Source of the DNA: the human T2T-CHM13v2.0 reference genome, Homo sapiens
NCBI RefSeq assembly: GCF_009914755.1
Contig: NC_060925.1
Direction: 5' to 3' (one strand)
DNA: 64,000 nt
Numbering within the stretch: the stretch's first letter is position 1; each line of letters begins with the position of its first letter. Below, in pieces: positions 48,826 through 64,000 of this stretch. Both the position numbers and the translations under genes were made by a program. Below the pieces are notes generated by a model. The model was not told the origin of the DNA. It was given only the letters and a program-made list of their open reading frames with translations, and did not search any database.

Positions 48826-49605
48826 GCCAATTAGCACATGAAAAGAAGCTCAATACCATTAGGTATTAGGGAAATACAAGTCAAAACCATAGTAAGGCTC
48901 CACTTCCCACACACTATGATGGCTATAATCTAAAGGACAGACAATACTCAGAGTTGGGGAGGATGTGGAGAACCCAGAACCCTCACACAATGCTGGTGGG
49001 AATGTAAAACGGTGCAGCCGCTGTGGAAAAAAATATGGCAGTTCCTCCAAAACTTAGACGGACCACATGATCCGGTAATTCTACTTCCAGGTATATATCC
49101 AAGAGAATCAAAGATGTGTTCATACAGAAACTTGTACATGAACATTCATAACAGCATTACTCAAATAGTCAAAAGTGAAAACAATCCAAATGCCTACCAA
49201 TGAATGAATGAACAAAATGTGAAATATCTATACAGTGAAATACTATTCAGCCACAAAAAGGAATGAAATGCTGATACGTGCCATAACAAGGATAAACCTT
49301 GAAAATACTATGCTAGTGAAAGAAGCCAGACACAAAAAGCCACGTATTGTATGATTCCACTGACATGAAATGTTGAGAATATGCAAATCTATAGAGACAA
49401 AGAGGATCAGTGGCTGCCAGGAGCTATGGGTAGAAGAGAATGAGAAGCGACTATTAACACACCTGAGGTTTCTTTTTGAGGGTGATCAAAATATTCAGGA
49501 ACTAGACAGTGGTAACAGCTGTACAACTTTGTGAATACACTAAACACCACTAAACCAAATGGTTTAAAAGGGTGAATTCTATCTCAATAAAGCTGTTGTA
49601 AAAAA
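48826..49605 (+). mobile_element. L1MB-type 3' fragment abutting the exon 7 acceptor
   Basis: gcacatgaaaagaagctcaa...agggaaatacaagtcaaaacc...tctcaataaagctgtt. Confidence 0.8.
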
Positions 49606-49696
49606 AAGTTAATTTAATTCCTAGTTTAGTAAGATAAGTATTCTACTGTACTATAGGGATTCTGATACCCATGAAGCTGTATTTTTTTAAAAGGTA

Positions 49697-50004
49697 ATTT
49701 TTTGTTTGTTTGTTTGTTTTGAGACAGAGTCTCACTCTGTTGCCCAGGCTGAAGTGCAGTGGCTTGATCTTGGCTTACTACTACAACCTCCGCCTCCTGG
49801 GTTCAAGTGATTCTCCTGCCTCAGCCTCCTGAGTAGCTGGGATTACAGGCATGTGCCACCACACCCGGCTAATTTTTGTATTTTTAGTAGAGACGGGGTT
49901 TGGCCATGTTGGCTGGCTGGTCTCAAACTCCCAACCTCAGGTGATCTGCCCACCTCAGCCTCCCAAAGTGCTGAGACTACAGGCGTCAGCCACCACACCC
50001 GGCC
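49697..50004 (-). mobile_element. AluS
   Basis: Reverse-complement Alu. Confidence 0.94.
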
Positions 50005-50806
50005 AGTAAAAGATAAAATTGTTTATGATTAGAAGCCATTCTTCTATTTGAGATGTGAAGGAAAAACAGGATAGGAAGTATTGATGGTTAGTGGCCTCTA
50101 GTATATGCAAACAGTAACATCTTTCTCATAGGCTGTTTCTTGACTACCTTGGATTTAATTACGATTATTTATATTTCTATTTTGAGATACAAAGGGATAG
50201 TGCTTCATTCTGTCCTCTCTGCTAATCTGTGATTTCTTAAGGACCCTCATCTCATGTAGTTAGTGAAAATGTCTGTTTTCTCACATAGTTGTAGAATGAC
50301 TTTCAAGAAATCCTCAGAAGCTACTAAAAGGATATTACGCGGATTTTGTGTCTTTTGAAATACCTAGCACAAAAGACATTCAGAACACCCAGAAGATATT
50401 CACTGGAAACTGGTGACTGAAAAATGACTAAATAACTGTGAATGAATGTTTTAATTGCTCTTTTTGAACTCCTGGCCTCAATTTTTCTTTCTTCCATTTG
50501 CACTAACTAAATTCAGTAAATCCCATCTTTTGCCTAACGCTTCACTCATGACACTAGGAAGATGGCAATGGCCAAGTTTCTATTTCACATCGATTCAACA
50601 TATTTACCAAGCATCTGTGATATGCCTGGTCCTGGATCACAAACACCTGGCTCTCAAATTCTAGGAAGCCCTGACCGACATCACTTCACTCACGTGTGCT
50701 ACTGACATGTAAGGCAGCAATGCGGCTGACAAATTCATCCCCATATGGCTGCAGCCCAGATGCTTAATTAAACTCCTGAAATCTACCAAACTAAAGAATG
50801 ACTCTA

Positions 50807-51154
<348 letters not shown>

Positions 51155-51516
51155 TTAAAGAAAAAGTAATCAAAACAATCAATTTTCTATAAATTTAAAG
51201 TCATGATATACAGACCATATTTTCCCTTTTTTCTGACGTTTGAATAGACATTACCATTGGCCATCTTGTCATCCTATTTGCCAGATTAAATACAAAAGAA
51301 AAAAATACGTATTTCATACCTAGGCTCAGTTTACAAATCACAAAGGTGGGAGTAACACAAGGACTCACAAAGCAGAGTAGGTCCTGCTGCTGCTCAGCAA
51401 ACAAAAATCACAGTGCTTTTGTGCTGTGCTTTCCAACCTACCTCATTAGAATGAACACTACATCTCCAACCTGAAGATGGGGGATGGTTCTAGGACAAGG
51501 TCTTACATAAAACAAG

Positions 51517-51846
<330 letters not shown>

Positions 51847-52237
51847 TAAGTTAATATCTATAAAGGGACAACTTGCCACAATGAGTATTCTGTTTACAAC
51901 TTTTTCCTAAAACCAAGTTCCGTATTTCTCAAATATATTTTACCAATTCTTGAAACTGAATAGTAGACAATTAGAAACGATGGCTAAACTGCAGCACACC
52001 TTCTAAAATTACCTCCATGCTACTCATGCCAATACTGGTAGTATGTCATACACAATGACTAAAGTGTGTACTCAAAAAAGATACTGTATAATTCTGAGAA
52101 AATATGCATATCCTGGAAAAGGAAACCATTTTGAAAATATTTATTATAATAGTTGATGGTGCTTATAACCAATTTGCTAAAAAAAAAAGAAACTGTAAGC
52201 TAAAGCATTTTTAAAAAAACCCTTTACTGACACATAC

Positions 52238-52335
52238 TCTTTATTTCTTCTGGAAGAAGAGAAATATAAGTGACTAAAAACTTCTGTAATTTCAGTCCCA
52301 ATGGAGAACAGCTTCCTATTGGCTGGCCTGGGGAC
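52238..52335 (-). CDS. TARBP1: TARBP1 exon 6 (98 nt; [33 protein letters not shown])
   Basis: Acceptor tttgtag|GT, donor AGA|gtatgt; phase 2 to 1. Confidence 0.95.
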
Positions 52336-53452
52336 CTACAAACAGAGAGTGGGGAAAACAAATATTTAACATTTATTTACAAGTGATTACACTAAAACTA
52401 GCCTAAATGGACCATGGCCCAAAAGTCTTTCAACAATAAAACAATCAGACAGTTTTATTTTTCTGAACCTGCATTTCATTTTTCAGTAAAATTCTGAGAA
52501 TTTTTCTGATTACAGAAACATCAGGAACTTGTAGGAAAATGGACATGAGTTAATAACCTACTTTACTAAGGATTTCCTTTTTGTGACTTTCCCTTCCACA
52601 TATATGAATCTTGCTAAACAGTATCATAAAAAATAAGAGGCTGAAATGATAATTTTAAATTATATTTTATTGTTCCCAACATGTAATCCAATGACTTTAA
52701 ATTTTTAGGTCTAAAACAAAAGAAGTAACATTCATAGCAAAGACATATATTAGTAATAAATTACTTTTGCAAGAGTATTTAATTGTTAACATCTACTAAA
52801 GTCACATTTTTTCTGCTATATGCTTCTTCCAGGAACATTATCTGCTAATTGAACACATTAGAGTGCTAGAAAACTGAAGGCATTTCATAATAAATGTGTT
52901 TGTCAACTCTTAGAAAACACCAAGATCTTTTCATTGGTTTTACTGCTCTCCAGCTGTCTAATTGCTTCAGAAAACTATTCAGTAGTAATGAGTTATTTGA
53001 AAACTAAAAATAATTGGCAAATCAAGTGTTGCTATGCTCTTTCAATATTATTAAACAGGACTAAATATTAATATAACGTGGCAGAGACTAATTAAAAATG
53101 TTTCAAGAAATTGGCTGGTGGGGGGAGGTAGTTCTGTTTAGAGGGCATACTGAACAGCAAGACACAACTATAAATTTAGTTAATATTAGAAAGATAACAC
53201 AATTTCAAGAGCAAGGGAAATTTTTGAAGACAGAATTCAAGAGTCATAAATGATGCTCAAAAAAATGAGGCTAAGGTACAATCCTGACAAACTTCTCACT
53301 GTCAACCTTTTCAAAACTTTAACTGTGGCCTATAAGTAGAGACAGGATGAATAACAGCAGCCACTGTCAGATACGGAAAGGAAAAGGTTAGAATGAACCT
53401 TGCAGTACTGAACTAAAACTGGACGTCCTGGTGTGAATTCACGGTTCTTAAT

Positions 53453-53504
53453 ATGGATGGATGGATGAACGGATGGATGGATGGATGGATGGATGGATGG
53501 ATGG
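53453..53504. repeat. (GGAT)n microsatellite
   Basis: Directly visible tandem GGAT with one interruption. Confidence 0.95.
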
Positions 53505-54056
53505 CGGACAGACAGGCACTCAAACAGATATAAATGAGTAAGTCTGGTCAGTAGACAAAGCTAAGAAAGATGCGCACACAGGGAGAGGCAACGATCAAGC
53601 AAATGCAGTAAAACCTTAACATTCAGGGAATATGGGTGAAAGGGAAATGAGAATTCTTTGGATTATTCTCAAGACTTTTCTGTAAGTGTAAAACTAAGTT
53701 AAAAGAAAAAGGAAAATAAGTTTAAAGTGTTGGTTAGTCAAAATCATTACAACTTCCAAGAGAGCAGGAAGCAGCAGTAGGGAGAAGAAAGTGTGCTGTA
53801 GAAGACATAGTTTCCAACAGCCCAAGAATAGAGCAGCTCAAGGCAGAAAAAGGAAACAAGAAAAAACAAAGGAGAAACACTTGATGCAAATCAGAATGCA
53901 AGAAGAATAACAGATAGAAAAAGGACCACATGATAAGAAAAACTCAACTGTCTATTCAGCAACATACTGTATGTGCCAAATGCATGAAACAATCTGGTCA
54001 TGTCTCTTAACATGAAATGTATGTATCAAATACTTCATAACATAATGTCTCTTTAC

Positions 54057-54109
54057 CTGCTATACAGAGAGCTCTCTGAAAGCGCATCCATTAATGGTCC
54101 AATAATAAA
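54057..54109 (-). CDS. TARBP1: TARBP1 exon 5 (53 nt; FIIGPLMDALSESSLYS)
   Basis: Poly-T tract then ag|TTT; donor CAG|gtaaag; phase 0 to 2. Confidence 0.95.
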
Positions 54110-54528
54110 CTAAAAAAAAAAAAAAAAAAAGACACGTAATTGAAACTTAGTTGTAAATACAATTTTGAAGTCAGTTTCCCTGATTGAACATCCTACACAG
54201 GCTTACAGAAGACCTGCTATAAGCAAAGCTGATCTCTTACGCTGCAGGCTAAATTTAGTGCTGGTCCTGGAGGGGAAGCTTAATTCTACCAGAAAAACAA
54301 AGTAAGTACAGAATTTTCCCACCTGATTAAAATTTATGCCATACTAAAAAGAGAGTTCATGTGTTGGGTCAAGAAAGAAGGAAGGAAGCCAAAGAAGAAA
54401 CATATGCTAGAAAATAAAGGTAATGACAGGAAAACCAAAAAGATACTCAAGAGAAAATTTAAGCCCCTATGCCTAGAGGATAAAGAGGAAAAAAATTATA
54501 CTCAAAAATTACTATTAGATACTGGTCA

Positions 54529-55277
<749 letters not shown>

Positions 55278-55902
55278 CTATTGAAAGAAAAAGAAGAAAA
55301 AAATTGACTTAGGTCACCTCTAAATGAGAGGTAGATTACTCTACCTAAGGAAGTCATCATGGGACTCACATGACACCATAATATAAAACTTAAAATCACA
55401 GCTATAACTCCCACTGTCTCTGCCTCACGTAGTTCCTGACAAATGGAAGTACAGATTCTAATAAATATTGCTTAGAAGGCAATCCCTATTTCATATAGTA
55501 GACAACAGCAATTCATTGAGTCAGAATTGAGGCAGTAGCATCACTAAACAAATAACAGTCATCAGTGGCTCAGAACGGTGACAACAGCATCACCTGATAG
55601 CTTCTATACCAGTTTTCATATAGTGAAAACTTGACTTATGCTTACGATTCTTGACTTAACGCTGTTCTGAATATCGATAATATACAACTACTTTTTCACA
55701 ATGGTAATAATACAGGCAGTTCTACCGTTGGGCTTGTTGAGAAACAACATAAGCTTTTTCCAAATAGGAAAGCTGGGTTTAGAGAAATATGATTTGTTGG
55801 ATGCAAATCTCCAAAATGTTACTTGCTGATACAGAATCCTAGTGTATTTTTACCTCTCGCCTTTCAACAATGGGAGCAAGGAAGGGGACAGGGTGTCATT
55901 AC

Positions 55903-56051
55903 CTCAGAAAATTCTGGTGAAAATGGAAGAATCTTTGTTTCATACAGCTCCAAAAAATGGATAACACCTTCTTTGGACAGGATTTTGTTTTCACTTTCAA
56001 ACATTCTTTTATAAATACACATATGCCAGGATGGGTGAAAGAGCCAACATC
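55903..56051 (-). CDS. TARBP1: TARBP1 exon 4 (149 nt; [12 protein letters not shown]...PFSPEFSE)
   Basis: Acceptor ttccacag|GA, donor GAG|gtaatg; overlaps ORF 55864..56070. Confidence 0.96.
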
Positions 56052-56169
56052 CTGTGGAAACAAACATCAAATGTTGACATCTGATTCTGTCTTCATTTCA
56101 CCATCAAGACTACATACTCATAAATAATGTACAAACACACACAATAACTTCATTATAACACTACAAGAA

Positions 56170-56880
56170 GTTTTTGTTACTGTTTTTTGAGAGACAGGTT
56201 CTCACTGTGTCACCCAGACTGCAGTGCAATTGCAAAATTCTAGCTCACTGCAGCCTCAAACTCCAGGGCTCAAGCGATCCTCCTGCCTCAGCTTCCTGAG
56301 TAGTTTCCTAGCAGGACTACAGGTATGCAAACCACGCCTAGACAATTTTTAAAATATTTTTTAGAAACATGGTCTCAGAATGTTGCCTAGGTTGGTCTCA
56401 AACTCCTGAGTTCAAGTGATCCTCCATCCTCGGCCTGCCAAAGCACTGGGATTACAGGTATGAGCCACCGCACCCAGACTGTTTTTAGTCACATCTGAGT
56501 ATGTCAACCAAAAAAATTTTGGTATTCAGTATTCCGTATTCAGGCAGCTTAATTTTGAAAGACTGTAAATGGGCCAGGCATGGTGGCTCATGCCTGTAAT
56601 CCAAGCACTTTGGGAGGCCGAGGCAGATGGATCACATGAGGCCAGGAGTTTGAGACCAGCCTGGCCAACATGGCAAAACTCCATCTCTACTAAAAAACAC
56701 AGAAATCAGCCAGGCATGGTGGTGTATGCCTGTAATCCCAGCTACTGGTGGGGGAGGGACTGAGACACGAGAATCGCTTGAACCCTTGAACTTGGGAGGC
56801 GGAGGTTAGAGTGAGCCCAGGCCCCGCCACTGCACTCCAGCTTGGGCAACAGAGTGAGACTCTGTCTTGAAAAAATAAGA
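56170..56880. mobile_element. Head-to-head Alu pair (AluJ minus 56170-56478; AluS plus 56572-56880)
   Basis: Opposite-orientation Alus about 90 nt apart. Confidence 0.9.
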
Positions 56881-57427
56881 AAGACTGTAAACGAATGCTG
56901 TAACTGCTACAGTGTACAAAAATTAAATATTACCCCATGCATGCAGGTTGGAACTTCAGATTTGGAATAGTTTCAACCAATTCTTCTCTTATCCCACTTC
57001 AATCCATTTTTCACACAGAAATATGAAATTGTCACGCCTCTGCTTAAAATCCTTCAACATCTCCTCATTGTTCTTAGAATAAAGTCCAAACAAGGCATGA
57101 ACTGACCTTGACTGCCACTCCAACCTCATCCCCCACTCCACACACCAACTCTGCTGCAGCCCTGCTGGTCCTTCTGTTCTGCCTCCTACAGCTGCTCCCA
57201 TCTCAGGGCTTGTGTCCCAGGTGGTGCCTTCTCAGCCTGGACTCTTAGCTTAGATGTCATCATAAGACAGGCCTTCCCTGACTACCCCACTCACCCTTGA
57301 GTCCATTTCATCAGCCCCTTGTCTGTTCCCCTCATATATCTTACAATCAAAACTATTTTTTCATGGAAAACACAAAAGTCAGGTGAAAAATACCACATCT
57401 CTCTCACCATTTTACCCCCAATAATTA

Positions 57428-57461
57428 CTAGGTTGGTGCGAAAGTCGTTGCGGTTTTTGCC

Positions 57462-57495
<34 letters not shown>

Positions 57496-57527
57496 CAAAA
57501 ACCGCAACGACTTTCGCACCAACCTAA
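57428..57527. mobile_element. Made1 (Hsmar1-derived mariner MITE), palindromic
   Basis: TIRs taggttggtgc...gcaccaaccta; TA dinucleotides at 57426-57427 and 57528-57529. Confidence 0.93.
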
Positions 57528-58220
57528 TAGCATGTACTGGACACTAAGTAAATATTTATTCAGTAAATATATAAATGAGTGAGCAAATCAAAACCATGGA
57601 ATAAATAAATATCTTAGAGATATTTTTCTAACTCTTTTGAAATATCTTTTACTTCTATTAGAGAAAAATACTCAGCATTTTTAACTCATGACATTCTATA
57701 AATAAATTAATCCATTATTTGTAATTTACACCAAGATGCTTGTTCAACTCTTTGGCAATGGTAATTTTTCAAAATCAGTCACTGCTATTTGATTTGGTTT
57801 CTCAAGAGCTGTGGGCAAAATGTGGTAATAAGAGCATCATTTTAATGGTAAATGAATAAGTGAAGTCACAACAAGATTCAATTAAATTCTAGCCCCAGGT
57901 GCAACTACAGATGCTTATGGTCTGTGAAAAATCCCAGTGTATCAGAAAACAACTACAGCAATCAGCTGAATAAAGCTCAATTCCTAAGGGGTCAAACTAT
58001 TAAACTGTAATTATCTAGAGTAGGCACTAAAAACCATTTACCTAGGTTAATTCTCATGTGTAAACACAATAATGTGGCATTTTATCATTCATATGAACAC
58101 AGGCCAAAACACTATTGGGCTGCATTTAGCTATTTCATTAAACTTAATTTTATAAAATACATTTAGGAAGCTCCAGCTTCATTGTGTATCTCCTAAAAAG
58201 CTCTCATAATATAGTGATCA

Positions 58221-58728
<508 letters not shown>

Positions 58729-58973
58729 CTATCGACGAGTCCTTATCTTTTAAAGAAATGTGCTGAAATATTCACAGATAAAATGATAGGATATCTAGGG
58801 ATGTGCTTCAAAACCATTTAGCAAGAAGGGAACAGGGAAGGCTACATAGGATACACTAAGCAAGGCTGGCCGTGAGACGATCGTTATTAAAGAGGGTGGT
58901 AGGTGCGTCACACACACTCTTCTCATTCTATAAATGTTTGAAATTCTCCATCATCAACGGTTTAAAAAATTAA

Positions 58974-59342
<369 letters not shown>

Positions 59343-59589
59343 TAAGGATATGAGTAGATGCATATAGTTATTATGCTAAGTGAGATAAACATGAACAACA
59401 TGATCCAGAAGGTGTGTATCTGGAATGGTAACAACTGTTATCTCTTGGTGGCAGCATTACAAGATGATTATATTTTCTTCTGTACACTTTTATAGTTTTT
59501 CAAAATTCTCTACAATGAACAGGAATTAGTTACAAAATCAGGGGAAAACCATAAATGTTATTAAAAAATAAAATAAAAGTAATCGTTAC

Positions 59590-59659
59590 CATTTTCCTCT
59601 GACACCGCATATTCAAACAGATTGTTTAGCTTTGGTAAAACTGGCTTTATAACATGTAT
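59590..59659 (-). CDS. TARBP1: TARBP1 exon 3 (70 nt; [23 protein letters not shown])
   Basis: Acceptor tttttag|AT, donor ATG|gtaacg; phase 0 to 1. Confidence 0.95.
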
Positions 59660-60380
59660 CTAAAAATAAGAGCAAAAAAATCATATGAAATGAAAATGCA
59701 TCTTGAAAAATGTCAGGCAATTTTCATCTCTTTATTTCACAGTAGCTCTTCTGTTTCTACAAAACATATGTAGAAAGAGCCTGATTTATCCAGTTTTTCA
59801 AACAATAGTATGATTCAGGTATGTAAGACTGAGTATGGCAAAGCTAATGAATATAACCACATTACAGCTACATTAAAGTCTACCATTTATACAGTGATTA
59901 TCATAAATCATGTCATAGAATCCTCAACTGTCCTGGCAGGCAGGTAGGACTGCCAATACTAAGATATTACAAAGAGAAAAAAGACACTGAAATGTTTTCT
60001 CTAGTCACTCAAGTTGTTCATGGCTGCACACGCTTAGAACGGCCAGTTCGGAGTTCCATGTTCTTAATACCACATAGCCAAAGTTGCTGACACGTTTGCT
60101 TGAGATTAATTTACATATCCTTCAAAATATGGATAAATTTGGGTTTCTAAATAAATAATGGGGGTTTTATGGATCTACTGATTAAAGAAAACCATAAAAG
60201 TTAATTTGAATTTAGAAATGCTTTTTCTTTACTCCTCATCCTTGCATCTATATATATTTAGCACATATAAGTAATTATTTAAGTCCACAAACAAGGTTTG
60301 GTGCACATTTGGATTGACACCTCACAATGACTCCACAGATGGCTGGCACCTCTGTGGTCCCCAACTTGCAGAATGGAAAC

Positions 60381-60885
<505 letters not shown>

Positions 60886-61115
60886 TGGCAAGGGAAGATC
60901 AAATTTTTGAATAATTTGTCAACTGAAAGTATTCTTTAACTTCCTGAAACAACTTACACTCTAAGTTGCATTTATGCCAGACAACAAAGTATACTTGGAT
61001 TCTATCATCACCAGCTATATCTGAGTTAGTCTCTTTGTATCGCTTTTAATGAATGTTTTTAAAAAAGAAAAATTGTTATCTACTGTAGGATTTGCTAAAA
61101 TAGAAAAACACTTAC

Positions 61116-61213
61116 CTGATTTCCTTCTAAAGTCTCCATAATTAAAATATAATTTTCCCAAAACTTTAGAAGCTCATCTTTTTTCCTCTCAGACCACCAA
61201 AACAGACTTGGGC
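61116..61213 (-). CDS. TARBP1: TARBP1 exon 2 (98 nt; [33 protein letters not shown])
   Basis: Acceptor atatcag|GC, donor CAG|gtaagt; phase 1 to 0. Confidence 0.95.
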
Positions 61214-61409
61214 CTGATATGGTTTAAAAAAGAAAATTAGTTCTTCCTTTTGCAAATTTCATAAGTTTCTCAATGACAGCAGTTCTTAAAATAATGCCAC
61301 TATTACCAAATGGATTCTCTAATAATGGAGGTGCCCCTGTATCAGAGCCTGGATAGGGGGCTTGGGAATCTCAGAGGGAGATTTTTTTTTGCACTAAGAT
61401 TACTGTTTT

Positions 61410-62644
61410 GGAGTTCTGGGTAAAAATGGCAGATTTGCACATATAAACTCTACTTTCTCTCCCTAAGAATCTCACTATAACAGTAAAGGATTTTTCAAGG
61501 GCAAAACCCCAAAAGAATGGAGAACACTGGGGGCAGACAACAGCAATAAAATACAGAATCTGAAAATCAGATGAAAACCAAGTTGACTCAAGTCATGAGA
61601 ATTTTAAGTTGACAAAGGGAAAGCCAGGAAACAATTTGATTTATGCTGCAAAATCCCCCGGAACCAAAGGAAGTGGCTGCAAAAGTTACTCTGGTAAGTG
61701 GAGTGAAAAGTGAGGCTAAACCAAAGAGGATGTGTTCAGTGTTTAAGAAACAGTCACATCCCCAGGCCACTTTCCTATGTCCTGAACAGGAAAAGACTAG
61801 AACTGCTTTTCTGGAGAAGGTAAAATAGTGCGTCTCTGAATTGGGAGGCACAGGACACAGCAGACATTAGTCCTACTGACAAAGGGGATTCAGCGAACAT
61901 GTGTGCACCCTGGGTGCTGCGACTCCTCTCTACCTGCCCCCTCAGGTCCTAGAATGCTGGCCAGGCCCTCACTATGCATCAGACAACTGGAAGATGTTCT
62001 CTGCAGAATCTGGCCAGCCCAGGAGGAAAGATCTGAAAATATATCAGAGATTCCTTAATGAAATGGCTTGGCCAAATCACCTTATGGTGAAGTTCAGTCA
62101 ACAGCACCACTCATGGGCTTAGAGCTTTAAACCCAATTTTGATTTCTTATCCTTAAACATAAATAGGGATCTAAGAATCATCAGACAGTTGGGGAAACCT
62201 CTACACTAAAGATCAAGACCAAAACAAATGGAGTGGGAGGAGGAAATTGGAGAAAACAAAATTACACAGGTAGAAGAAAACTTTTAAAAGAGTTTTCAGC
62301 AATATCTTAAGAAGATAGTAGTATTATAAGAACAGGATATTATTAAAAAGGGGACATTCTGACCAGGCTTGGTGGCTCATGCCTGTAATCCCAACACTTT
62401 GGGAGGCTGAGGCAGGAGGATTGCTTGAGGCCAGGAGCTTGAGACCAGCCTGGTACAACATAGCAAGACCCTGTCTCTACAAGGAAATTTAAAAAATTAT
62501 CAGGGCATGGTGGTGCACACCTATCGTCCCAGCTTCTCTGGAGGCTGAGATGAGAGGATCACTTGAGCCCAGTATTTTGAAGTTATAGTGAGCTATAATC
62601 ACGCCACTGCACCCTAGCCTGGGCAAGAGCGAGGATTTGTCTCT

Positions 62645-62692
<48 letters not shown>

Positions 62693-64000
62693 GGGGACAT
62701 TTAAAAAAAAAAACTCAATCCAAAATCATAGAAAATCCTTAGGAGAGAAAAGATGCTTTCAAGAAAGTCCAGGAAGTTCAATATCTAAAAAAAGAACAGA
62801 AAACAGAAAGGGACGAAATAATCCACAGAATATTCTAGAAAATTTCCCAGAACTGAAGAACATGATTTCCAGATTGCACAGGAGGTCCAGCAAGTGCCCA
62901 GCACAAGGATGAAAATAGACTCCTATCAAAACTGTGAAATTTCAGAATGCTAGAGCCACTGATCCTACACACTTCCATAGAGAGAAACAGTTCCTGTATA
63001 AATAAACAGGATTCAGAATGGTTTCAGATTTCTCAACAGCAATACTGGAAGCTCTAGCTTCTGGGACAATAGATAGATACCTTTAAAATTTTGAATGGAA
63101 ATATCTTCCAGGCTCGAATTCTACCCTCAGTCAAACCATCAATGAAATATGAGGACAAAATAAAGGCATTTAGATATGTATCGTTTCAGTTGCTCATTAG
63201 GACATAGAAAACCATAGGAGATCGTTATTGTCATACAAAGAGGAAAGGCTGAAAAATCTACAAAATCCTAAACTGTTGTGCGGTGGGTGGGGGGAGCATC
63301 AGAACTGAGGTCACAATGCAACCTGAATTCTAAAAGGAAGGAAGGCGCTCCAAGAATGGAAAGGCCACTTATCTGTTCTACTTCTGGCACAGGAGCAAGA
63401 CATGGTCACCCAAAAAGCAGTTTTAAAAATGGCATTTTGACAAGTTTTTAAAGACCAAGGTGGGCTAGCCTCACAGCTTGCTGAGGGAGTCCACATCCAT
63501 TCACCAGCTCTTTTCTTCAAGCCTGCCCCGGTGCTCTCGAGAGAGACTGTGGCCAGGGCAGGAGATCTTCAGAGGCGCAGGCACCCAGGGCAGCAGGACT
63601 AACTAGAGAGGCCCAGCCATGCCCTGCAGGAGTACAAGATGGTGATCAACTGCCAAAACGTGCCTGTCCCCCTGGACCCTTCTCCGACAGGAAGCCAAAG
63701 CTGTCTGCCCCTCCCACACTCTCACCCTTGTCCCTGCCTTGATACAAGCAAAAGTTGCCTGCCTCTAGGGCAGGGATAGAACCTGCTCCCTTCACTCGGC
63801 ACTGACACTAGGCGAATGCATCTTATTCTGTGGAAGGGGAAGCAAACCCCCTACTGCCAGATATCCTGCACTGATACAAAGCTGGTCTGCAGGTGCTGGA
63901 GGAGGGCAGGACGCTACACCCAAGACCTACCACAGACACTCACGCAGAATGCAGCTGCCACAGGTTAGGGCCAGGAACCTAAACGCACCCCTAAGTTGGA
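61410..64000 (+). mobile_element. Old L1M 5'UTR/ORF1 remnants, with an AluJ (62361-62647) ending in (CA)n
   Basis: ORF1-like ILENFPELKNM; aatggtttcagatttctcaacagcaatactggaagct. A second 5'UTR-like block starts near 63190. Confidence 0.65.
62649..62690. repeat. (CA)n microsatellite, about 21 units
   Basis: Directly visible. Confidence 0.97.

Overview
Human (primate) genomic DNA, Alu-rich and mostly intronic. The whole window lies inside TARBP1 (TRM3-like tRNA Gm18 2'-O-methyltransferase / TAR RNA-binding protein 1), transcribed on the minus strand. I traced 21 internal coding exons (exons 2-22 by my recollection of the reference gene; 2,774 coding nt, about residues 311-1235). All have GT-AG boundaries, consistent phases and one continuous reading frame. 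Exon 1 lies beyond the right edge; the C-terminal SpoU/SPOUT catalytic exons lie beyond the left edge. The introns hold roughly 38 Alus (including a pristine AluYa5 and a nested Alu), old L1, L2 and MIR remnants, MaLR and MER21 LTRs, hAT DNA transposons and one Made1 MITE. I found no second protein-coding gene, tRNA, rRNA, convincing snoRNA or new multi-gene system. The most unusual observations are small-scale: (1) a Made1 converted into a near-perfect 98-bp palindrome with mirrored substitutions, giving a novel miR-548-like hairpin; (2) a 29-bp templated insertion copied from 2.4 kb away into a MER21 LTR; (3) further template-switch scars, a direct-inverted-direct triplication and a self-corrected Alu; (4) a perfect 4-unit heat-shock element created by a 10-bp duplication; (5) splicing oddities: an AAG-CAG-GAG tandem acceptor, an L1-supplied branch point and candidate poison exons. 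Repeat subfamily names and boundaries are by-eye estimates against recalled consensus sequences.
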